Of a DNA stretch of 64,000 nucleotides, positions 38,836 through 45,801 are shown in pieces. The notes below the pieces were generated by a model. The model saw only the letters and a program-made list of their open reading frames with translations. It had not been told where the DNA came from and made no database searches. How positions within the stretch are numbered: position 1 is the first letter of the stretch; the number at the start of each line of letters is the position of its first letter. The stretch spans positions 10,061 through 74,060 of the forward strand of contig VSOB01000005.1 of NCBI GenBank assembly GCA_009774625.1, in the 5' to 3' direction. This stretch comes from Lachnospiraceae bacterium (GTDB lineage Bacteria > Bacillota > Clostridia > Lachnospirales > Lachnospiraceae). The translations under genes were made by a program, and so were the position numbers.

Positions 38836-38878
38836 ACAGTTTGCGGCAAAATTGGCATATTCCAAATCAGAAATGACA

Positions 38879-38907
38879 TTGATGGACATAAAAAACTTCT
38901 TTATAAT
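38879..38907 (+). promoter_or_regulatory. candidate sigma-A promoter of the LytTR two-component operon
   Basis: TTGATG (38879-38884), 17 nt, TATAAT (38902-38907), about 55 nt upstream of ATG 38962. Confidence 0.5.
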
Positions 38908-38961
38908 CAGGAATGTCGGTTTACAGTAGGGAGAAATGACTGAAATGAAAGGGCTTTTTTT

Positions 38962-39660
38962 ATGAAAATTGCGATATGTGACGATTGCCGTCAGGATGCT
39001 GTGAGGCTGCAGAATATGTTAAGTGGTATACATGATACCCGGCTGTATCAAAGCGCGGAACAGCTTCTGACAGATGTCAAAGACGACAGGGTGCATTACG
39101 ATTTGTATTTGTTGGATATTTATCTTGAGGTCATGGATGGAATCGAGCTGGCAAAACAGCTCCGGCAGATGGATGAGTATGGGGCAGTCTGCTTTATTTC
39201 CTTCAGTGACGCGTTTTACCGGGAAGCATATGATCTGTATGCGGTGCAGTATCTTTTGAAGCCGATACGGCCTGAGGACATCAGAAAATTACTGGAGCGG
39301 GTTTCCAAGGACATTGTCAGGAACAGAGAGCTTTCCCTGTATTTTAAATGGCGGGGGAAGATCGGTTCCATACCGTATAATAAGATTCTGTATATCAGCA
39401 GCAGAGGACATACGCTCTCTATTCACTGCAGGGATGGTTCTGTACAGGAATGCACCGGCAGGCTGGATGAGATCGCAGGGCGGGTATCGGACGGCGTATT
39501 CTGCCGCTGTCACCAGAGCTATCTGGCCAATATGCACTATGCGGATAATCTGGAGGGCAGTGAGCTGGTAGTGGCCGGTGTGAGCATTCCGGTATCCAGA
39601 CGTTATTTTGCAGATGTGAAAAAAAGATATCAGGAGATTTTGTTTGAGGAGATGGATTGA
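38962..39660 (+). CDS. LytTR-family response regulator (AgrA/ComE-like)
   Basis: REC (IAICDD, LLDIYLEVMDG, KP) plus a C-terminal LytTR DNA-binding domain (ILYISSRGHTLSIHC...HQSYLANM). Confidence 0.88.
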   Translation: MKIAICDDCRQDAVRLQNMLSGIHDTRLYQSAEQLLTDVKDDRVHYDLYLLDIYLEVMDGIELAKQLRQMDEYGAVCFISFSDAFYREAYDLYAVQYLLKPIRPEDIRKLLERVSKDIVRNRELSLYFKWRGKIGSIPYNKILYISSRGHTLSIHCRDGSVQECTGRLDEIAGRVSDGVFCRCHQSYLANMHYADNLEGSELVVAGVSIPVSRRYFADVKKRYQEILFEEMD

Positions 39661-40967
39661 TGCATGACACGATACTGCGGGATTTATCTGTTATATGGTG
39701 CCTGTTTCATATATTGATTGTATTTATGCTGCTTTATCGTTCCCGTTTTTCACGCAGAAAAACCCTGCTGCTGACAGGAACCTGTATGGTACCGCTGATC
39801 GCGGGCAATGTGTCAGGGCTGATTCTTCTGGGTTCTGCACGGATGGGGCAGCTTTTTTTTCTGACCTGTACGCTTCCCAGCCTGGTTTTTTATTACTATA
39901 TGTCAAAAGACCGGCGGGGACGTTTCCTGTTTACCTTTTGTCTGTCCGATACAGTGGCATACTGGATTATCATTGTGACCAATCTGCTGGATTTCTATTT
40001 TGGCGGTGATGATTATCTGCTGATGTTTTTAAGCAGACTGGTTTTATTTCCGCTGCTTGAATGGGGTGTATACAGACTGCTGCGTAAACCGTACATGGAG
40101 CTGCAGGAATCTGTGGACAGAGGGTGGAATGTATTTGCGGCTATGTCGGCGCTGTATTATATTCTGTTGGTTGTAACGGCTAATTTTCCGGTTATCATAA
40201 CCAGCAGATCCCAGGAGCTTTTGGGTTTTCTGCTGATTCTGCTTCTGATGCCGATGAACTATGCCACCATTTTTGTCGCTATGTACCGACAGCTTCTTCT
40301 GTACCGCAGACAGAAAAGTGAACATATTCTGCAGGAGGTAAGGCAGCAGATGGAGATACAACTGGACAATCAGCGTCGTATCCAGCGGATCAGGCATGAT
40401 ATGAAGGCCCATACCATTACGTTGTCAGGCCTGCTGGCACAGGGTAAGGCAGAGGAAGCTCAGGAATATCTGAATAAAGCCATCTCTGTGAAGAAAGTAT
40501 ATGAAGAACAGTTCTGTGTCAATCCCTATCTGAATGCGGTGCTCAGTTATTATGTGATGAAGTTTGATGAGCTGGGGATTCCGGTTCATCTGGACATCCG
40601 GACCGGTGAAGAAAGGCTGCAGCATGTGGAGCTGTGTCAGATTCTTTCCAACGGGCTGGAAAATGCCTGCGATGCCACCAGCCGCCTTCCATCGGCTGTA
40701 GAAAAGATGGTTTCCGTACAGATGCGGTATCAGCGCGGCTGGCTGATTATCCGGATCAAGAACCGCTGCCGGGATGATCTTCGAGTTGAAAAGGGGAGGC
40801 TTCCGGAGACAGAGAAAAAAGAAACCGGACACGGATTTGGTTTGCAGACCATACAGGAAGCGGCAAAGCGAATGAAGGGAGAAATGTTCTGTTATACGGA
40901 GCAGGGCTTTTTCATCCTGGATGTAATGGTAAGGGGAGATGATGGAGTATGGCTGATGAGGAATTGA
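39660..40967 (+). CDS. AgrC/HPK10-type membrane sensor histidine kinase (GHKL ATPase)
   Basis: About 6 TM helices, H-box IRHDMKAHT, N-box SNGLENACDA, G-box GHGFGLQTI. ATG 39660 shares one base with the upstream TGA. The track uses TTG 39657. Confidence 0.85.
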   Translation: MHDTILRDLSVIWCLFHILIVFMLLYRSRFSRRKTLLLTGTCMVPLIAGNVSGLILLGSARMGQLFFLTCTLPSLVFYYYMSKDRRGRFLFTFCLSDTVAYWIIIVTNLLDFYFGGDDYLLMFLSRLVLFPLLEWGVYRLLRKPYMELQESVDRGWNVFAAMSALYYILLVVTANFPVIITSRSQELLGFLLILLLMPMNYATIFVAMYRQLLLYRRQKSEHILQEVRQQMEIQLDNQRRIQRIRHDMKAHTITLSGLLAQGKAEEAQEYLNKAISVKKVYEEQFCVNPYLNAVLSYYVMKFDELGIPVHLDIRTGEERLQHVELCQILSNGLENACDATSRLPSAVEKMVSVQMRYQRGWLIIRIKNRCRDDLRVEKGRLPETEKKETGHGFGLQTIQEAAKRMKGEMFCYTEQGFFILDVMVRGDDGVWLMRN

Positions 40968-41539
40968 AGAAACCGGTGTTTGCCGGATTATCTTATATTT
41001 GTATTATGGTGGATGATGTAAATGAGGCATTTCAGTATTATGAAAGACTTTTGGGTGCAGCTCCAAGAGAATATTTCCCTTACTGGAGAAATAAGGGATT
41101 CTTCAAGGGGATGGGATTTCTGAAAGAGGCAGGAGAAAGCGAAGTATCCGTGGGCATCATGGATCTGCCCGGTACGAAACTGACACTTACGCTGATGCGT
41201 TTTCACTATCCGGAAGGGAGAAAGACTCCTGTTCTGTTTAAGGCCAATGATATGAGCGGTGTCAGATTTGTTTCTCTGGAGACAGAAAATATAGAAGAAG
41301 CGTTTGCATATATCAGTTCGCAGCCGGATATTACGCTGATCAATACCAGCGGCGATTATAAGGTAACACAGCTCAGTGTTACCAGACCCTTTGATTTCCT
41401 GTGTTTTGACTGGAATATGGAAGGAAACTTCGATAAAAAACAGGAAGAATCGGAGCGGATCAGCAGCCGGCGCTTTTTTCACTTTATCGATCGATACGGA
41501 GTCCAGTGGGAGCTGACACAGGAGCGTCGGGAACTGTAA
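40949..41539 (+). CDS. VOC (glyoxalase/bleomycin-resistance-fold) family protein
   Basis: 196 aa. N-terminal beta-alpha-beta-beta-beta-like pattern LSYICIMVDDVNEAFQYYERLLGA and a second module VRFVSLETENIEEAFAYI. Assigned on fold-family resemblance only. Confidence 0.65.
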   Translation: MADEELKKPVFAGLSYICIMVDDVNEAFQYYERLLGAAPREYFPYWRNKGFFKGMGFLKEAGESEVSVGIMDLPGTKLTLTLMRFHYPEGRKTPVLFKANDMSGVRFVSLETENIEEAFAYISSQPDITLINTSGDYKVTQLSVTRPFDFLCFDWNMEGNFDKKQEESERISSRRFFHFIDRYGVQWELTQERREL

Positions 41540-41582
41540 CCGGGCCGGGCCTGTCCCGGTAAGAAAGGAAAAGGGAAATGAT

Positions 41583-41804
41583 ATGGATGAAACAATCAGA
41601 GCAGCAGAGGCAGACATCGAAGCGGTAATGAAGATTCTGGACGGGTTTGCAGCAGGCGGGGAGAGCCGGATGAAGCTGGAGGCCGTCCAGGGAGTGGAGG
41701 AAGGCAGTGTATCAAAGGCATATCATCATGGCAGATGCGACATTGGCAGTCCCTGGGCGCGGGGAGAGTGCTTTGATGCGGCTGAGAAGGACTGTGACAG
41801 ATAA
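41583..41804 (+). CDS. small hypothetical protein, 73 aa, acidic with three Cys
   Basis: ATG preceded by AAGGAAAAGGGA. Codon usage looks coding. Sequence ...KAYHHGRCDIGSPWARGECFDAAEKDCDR. I recognise no family. Confidence 0.4.
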   Translation: MDETIRAAEADIEAVMKILDGFAAGGESRMKLEAVQGVEEGSVSKAYHHGRCDIGSPWARGECFDAAEKDCDR

Positions 41805-41866
41805 AAGGCAGATGAAAAACGACTGTATTTCCCGCCTTAGAACATAATGGAAATGTATGGGGTGGA

Positions 41867-41895
41867 TTGACAGGATTTTCTGAATTTGTTACAAT
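41867..41895 (+). promoter_or_regulatory. near-consensus sigma-A promoter of the NlpC/P60 gene
   Basis: TTGACA (41867-41872), 17 nt, TACAAT (41890-41895), about 55 nt upstream of ATG 41950. Confidence 0.55.
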
Positions 41896-41932
41896 TCGTT
41901 ACAGGTGTAATAAATTTGTAACAAATTCAGAA
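41878..41932. repeat. perfect 17-bp inverted repeat straddling the -10 box and early leader of the NlpC/P60 gene (candidate operator)
   Basis: TTCTGAATTTGTTACAA (41878-41894) is the exact reverse complement of TTGTAACAAATTCAGAA (41916-41932), with a 21-nt spacer. Confidence 0.7.
41906..41922 (+). promoter_or_regulatory. WalR-type direct repeat TGTAAT-N5-TGTAAC
   Basis: Exact fit to the published WalR/YycF consensus TGT(A/T)A(A/T/C)-N5-TGT(A/T)A(A/T/C). A related pair TGTTAC-N4-CGTTAC lies at 41887-41902. It sits upstream of a cell-wall hydrolase gene. Confidence 0.45.
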
Positions 41933-41949
41933 AAGGAAATGATGCATAT

Positions 41950-43104
41950 ATGAAAAAAAGGACAGCAGGCAGAACCGGGATACTTGTGGCAGTGATATTG
42001 TCGGGCGCCGGTATAAGGATACAAGCAGTTTCCGCAGACGGAATCGTGCGGGTGACAGCGGGATTTGACCGTATGGTCGCTGATGCGGGGACAACGGATC
42101 CGGAAACGGAGCGGAGGGCCGGAGCGGCGGTACAGGACGGAATCAGGGAGAAAGAGGCAGCCAGAGAAGCGGAACAGGCGGCCATGCAGGAGCCGGAAGA
42201 GCCAATAGACCAGGAAGTGCTGGATACGGCCCAGGCTCAGAAAGAGGCCAACAGTGTGAACAATCTCTGGGGATATACCAATCTGGGCATTGCCCAGGTG
42301 GACAACCATCTGAATGTACGGGACAAGGCCGGAGAGGACGGCGAGCTGGTGGGGAAGATGACGAAAAATGCTGCCTGTGAGATCCTTTCCATAGACGGAG
42401 ACTGGGCCTATGTAAAGTCGGGCAAGGTGGAAGGCTATGTGCACATGGATTATCTTCTGACCGGAGAGGCGGCAAAAAATAAGGCACAGGAAGTAGTCTA
42501 CACAGTGGCCAAGGTCAACACTCAGACACTGAAAGTACGGGAGCAGCCCAGTACGGAGTGTCCTGTGATCACGCTGGTGGCGCAGGATGAGCGGCTGGAG
42601 GTGGTGGAGCAGCAGCCTGAGGGATGGGCCAAGATCATGCTGGACGACGAGGAAGCCTATGTATCCACAGATTATTGTGTGGTGGAGGAAGAGCTGGAGA
42701 CGGCAGTGACTATGAAGGAACTGTTATACGGAAGCGGTATCTCCAATACACGGATTGATCTGTGCCAGTATGCAAAACAGTTTGTGGGCAATCCTTACGT
42801 ATGGGGCGGCACCAGCCTGACCAAAGGCGCTGACTGTTCCGGTTTTGTACAGAGTGTATTTAAAAAGTTCGGGGTATCTCTGCCGCGTACTTCCAGAGAA
42901 CAGGCAGGAGTGGGAACCAAGATTTCTCTGGCGGATGCCAAACCGGGGGATTTGATTTTCTATGCCAAGGGTGGTACGATCAATCATGTGGCGCTGTATA
43001 TCGGCGACGGACAGGTGGTACATGCCAGCAATCCCAGAACGGGTATTCGTATTTCCAATGCCACGTATCGGTCCCCGGCGACCATCAGACGGGTTCTGCC
43101 CTGA
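41950..43104 (+). CDS. secreted NlpC/P60-family peptidoglycan hydrolase with SH3-like repeats
   Basis: Signal peptide, an acidic linker and two SH3b-like modules (LNVRDKAGEDGELVGKM..., LKVREQPSTECPVI...). C-terminal NlpC/P60 catalytic domain (YVWGGTSLTKGADCSGFV, HVALYIGDGQVVHAS). Confidence 0.88.
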   Translation: MKKRTAGRTGILVAVILSGAGIRIQAVSADGIVRVTAGFDRMVADAGTTDPETERRAGAAVQDGIREKEAAREAEQAAMQEPEEPIDQEVLDTAQAQKEANSVNNLWGYTNLGIAQVDNHLNVRDKAGEDGELVGKMTKNAACEILSIDGDWAYVKSGKVEGYVHMDYLLTGEAAKNKAQEVVYTVAKVNTQTLKVREQPSTECPVITLVAQDERLEVVEQQPEGWAKIMLDDEEAYVSTDYCVVEEELETAVTMKELLYGSGISNTRIDLCQYAKQFVGNPYVWGGTSLTKGADCSGFVQSVFKKFGVSLPRTSREQAGVGTKISLADAKPGDLIFYAKGGTINHVALYIGDGQVVHASNPRTGIRISNATYRSPATIRRVLP

Positions 43105-43144
43105 GTAAAGCACAGGAAAAGCGCGGGTTTTTTATAAATCAGGC

Positions 43145-43173
43145 TTTACATTAAAATAAGAATGTGTTAAAAT
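43145..43173 (+). promoter_or_regulatory. candidate sigma-A promoter of rpsO
   Basis: TTTACA (43145-43150), 17 nt, TG-extended TAAAAT (43168-43173). Leaves an ~85-nt leader. Confidence 0.5.
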
Positions 43174-43262
43174 GGTCAAGTATGGAATTTACCGTCGCTC
43201 GGAAACGGGAGGTTCTGGCCCTTTCTTAGTGACAGGCGTATCAGTGACAGGAGGAAAGAAAC

Positions 43263-43529
43263 GTGATTTCTAAGGAAAAGAAAACAACAATTATCAAAGA
43301 ATATGCAAGAAGTGAAGGCGATACCGGTTCACCGGAGGTGCAGATTGCAGTTCTGACAGCGAGGATTGAGGAGCTGACCGGGCATTTGAAAAACAATCCG
43401 AAAGACCATCATTCCAGAAGAGGTCTTTTGATGATGGTTGGACAGAGACGTGGTTTGCTTGCTTATTTGAAGCAGAAAGATATTACAAGATATCGTGCTC
43501 TGATAGAGAGACTGGGACTTCGTAAATAG
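43263..43529 (+). CDS. rpsO: 30S ribosomal protein S15
   Basis: 88 aa, [11 protein letters not shown]...[24 protein letters not shown] start after AGGAGGAAAG. Confidence 0.95.
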   Translation: MISKEKKTTIIKEYARSEGDTGSPEVQIAVLTARIEELTGHLKNNPKDHHSRRGLLMMVGQRRGLLAYLKQKDITRYRALIERLGLRK

Positions 43530-43540
43530 GAATGCAGAAT

Positions 43541-43570
43541 AGGCGGATTGATTTTTCATCCGCCTTTTCC
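43541..43570 (+). terminator. intrinsic terminator/attenuator between rpsO and pnp
   Basis: AGGCGGAT (43541-43548) pairs with ATCCGCCT (43558-43565), followed by TTTTCC. Confidence 0.65.
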
Positions 43571-43680
43571 ATATGGCAGAGGAGTGCTTCCGAGACCACT
43601 GAGGTGGATACAGGAGACTGCGTGCAGCTCAGTAGTTTCGGCATCTTCTGCCTGAGAATATCAGTGAAAAGGAGAAGAAT

Positions 43681-45771
43681 ATGTTCAAAACTTACACAAT
43701 GGAACTTGCCGGCCGTACCTTAAAGGTGGAGATCGGCAAAGTGGGAAAGCAGGCAAACGGCTGTGCTTTTATGCAGTATGGGGAGACGACTGTGCTGAGC
43801 ACGGCGACGGCTTCCGAAAAACCCAGGGAAGGGATTGATTTCTTTCCTCTGAGTGTGGAATTTGAAGAGAAGCTGTATGCAGTGGGGAAGATTCCCGGCG
43901 GTTTTAATAAGAGAGAGGGAAAGGCTTCCGAAAATGCGGTTCTGACCAGCCGCGTGATTGACAGGCCCATGCGCCCTCTGTTTCCCAAGGATTACAGAAA
44001 TGACGTGACATTAAACAATATGGTGATGTCGGTGGATCCGGGGTGCCGTCCTGAGCTGGTGGCTATGCTGGGTGCATCCATTGCCACCTGTATTTCCGAT
44101 ATCCCCTTTGCAGGACCCTGTGCGATGACGCAGATCGGTATGATCGACAGGGAATTTATTGTGAATCCTTCTCAGGAAGAATGGAAAAACGGAGATCTGA
44201 AACTGACCGTTGCATCCACCAGAGAAAAAGTGATTATGATTGAAGCAGGCGCCAATGAGGTGCCGGAAACCATTATGCTGGAAGCGATTTACAAGGCGCA
44301 TGAGATCAACCAGACGATAATTGCGTTTATTGATCAGATCGTTTCTGAGGTGGGCAAGCCCAAGCATATCTATACAAGCTGTGCCATCCCGGAAGAGATG
44401 TTCGCCCGGATCCGGGAAACCGTAACGCCGGAAGAGATGGAAACAGCAGTGTTCACGGATGAAAAGCAGGTTCGTGAGGAGAATATCAGACAGATTACCC
44501 AGCGGCTGGAAGAAGCGTTTGCGGAAAATGAAGAATGGCTGGCCGTACTGGATGAGGCAATTTATCAGTATCAGAAAAAGACAGTCCGGAAGATGATTCT
44601 GCAGGACGGCAAACGTCCCGATGGCCGTGAGATGACACAGATCCGTCCGTTAGCGGCAGAGGTGGATACCATTCCCAGAGTACACGGTTCCGCCATGTTT
44701 ACCAGAGGGCAGACGCAGATCTGCAATGTGACCACACTGGCGCCTCTTTCGGAAGTACAGAAGCTGGATGGTCTGGATGAAAATGTAGTAAGCAAGCGTT
44801 ATATGCATCATTATAATTTCCCGTCCTATTCGGTGGGAGAAACCAAACCTTCCAGAGGGCCGGGACGCCGTGAGATCGGACATGGCGCACTGGCAGAGCG
44901 GGCATTGCTCCCGGTGCTGCCTTCCACAGAGGAGTTCCCTTATGCGATTCGTTCCGTTTCGGAAACTTTTGAATCCAACGGTTCCACCTCTATGGCGTCC
45001 ACCTGTGCGTCCTGTATGTCCCTGATGGCAGCAGGCGTGCCGATTAAAAAGATGGTGGCAGGCATTTCCTGCGGACTGGTAACAGGAGAAACCAACGATG
45101 ACTATGTGCTTCTGACAGATATCCAGGGACTGGAGGATTTCTTCGGGGATATGGACTTTAAAGTAACCGGTACGACGGAAGGCATTACGGCGATCCAGAT
45201 GGATATTAAGATTCACGGATTGACCAGGGAAATTGTGGAAGGTGCGATTGCAAGATGCCGGGAGGCCAGATTGTTCATTATGGATACGTGTATGAAGCCG
45301 GCGATTGCTTCACCCCGTCAAAGCATAAGTCAGTATGCGCCCAAGATCGTACAGATTCAGATTGATCCGGAAAAGATCGGTGATGTGGTGGGACAGCGCG
45401 GGAAAACCATCAATACGATTATTGAAAGAACCGGCGTAAAGATCGATATTACCGATGACGGAGCGGTATCCGTATGCGGTACAGATCAGGCGATGATTGA
45501 CAAAGCCATTGAGATGATTAAAATTATTGTGACTGAGTTTGAAGCGGGACAGGTATTCAACGGCACGGTGGTAAGTATTAAGGAGTTTGGCGCCTTTATC
45601 GAGTTTGCGCCCGGTAAGGAGGGTATGGTGCATATTTCCAAGATCGCAAGAGAGCGGATCAATCATGTGGAGGATGTGCTGACACTGGGCGATAAGGTAA
45701 CGGTGGTCTGTCTCGGTAAGGATAAGATGGGGCGGATCAGCTTTTCCATGAAGGATGTAGCACAGAAATAA
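43681..45771 (+). CDS. pnp: polyribonucleotide nucleotidyltransferase (PNPase)
   Basis: 696 aa, two RNase PH domains, KH and S1 (GTVVSIKEFGAFIEFAPGKEGMVHIS). Confidence 0.96.
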   Translation: MFKTYTMELAGRTLKVEIGKVGKQANGCAFMQYGETTVLSTATASEKPREGIDFFPLSVEFEEKLYAVGKIPGGFNKREGKASENAVLTSRVIDRPMRPLFPKDYRNDVTLNNMVMSVDPGCRPELVAMLGASIATCISDIPFAGPCAMTQIGMIDREFIVNPSQEEWKNGDLKLTVASTREKVIMIEAGANEVPETIMLEAIYKAHEINQTIIAFIDQIVSEVGKPKHIYTSCAIPEEMFARIRETVTPEEMETAVFTDEKQVREENIRQITQRLEEAFAENEEWLAVLDEAIYQYQKKTVRKMILQDGKRPDGREMTQIRPLAAEVDTIPRVHGSAMFTRGQTQICNVTTLAPLSEVQKLDGLDENVVSKRYMHHYNFPSYSVGETKPSRGPGRREIGHGALAERALLPVLPSTEEFPYAIRSVSETFESNGSTSMASTCASCMSLMAAGVPIKKMVAGISCGLVTGETNDDYVLLTDIQGLEDFFGDMDFKVTGTTEGITAIQMDIKIHGLTREIVEGAIARCREARLFIMDTCMKPAIASPRQSISQYAPKIVQIQIDPEKIGDVVGQRGKTINTIIERTGVKIDITDDGAVSVCGTDQAMIDKAIEMIKIIVTEFEAGQVFNGTVVSIKEFGAFIEFAPGKEGMVHISKIARERINHVEDVLTLGDKVTVVCLGKDKMGRISFSMKDVAQK

Positions 45772-45801
45772 AGGCTGATCCCTTTGTTTGGAGGAACGGA
45801 C

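Noticed and set aside
38836-38929. Two ACAGT-containing motifs (TTTACAGTTTGC at 38833-38844 and TTTACAGTAGGG at 38921-38932) as AgrA/LytTR binding sites
   Set aside because: LytTR sites are 9-bp direct repeats spaced ~12 bp apart, just upstream of the -35. These two lie ~89 bp apart on opposite sides of the promoter, so the match is probably fortuitous.
41805-41949. A ydaO-type (c-di-AMP) riboswitch upstream of the NlpC/P60 gene
   Set aside because: The predicted leader after the -10 box is only ~50 nt, far too short for that riboswitch. Its conserved pseudo-two-fold architecture is not apparent.
43105-43144. An intrinsic terminator after the NlpC/P60 gene (AAAAGCGCGGGTTTTTT)
   Set aside because: A T-run is present, but I could not find a convincing stem upstream of it.
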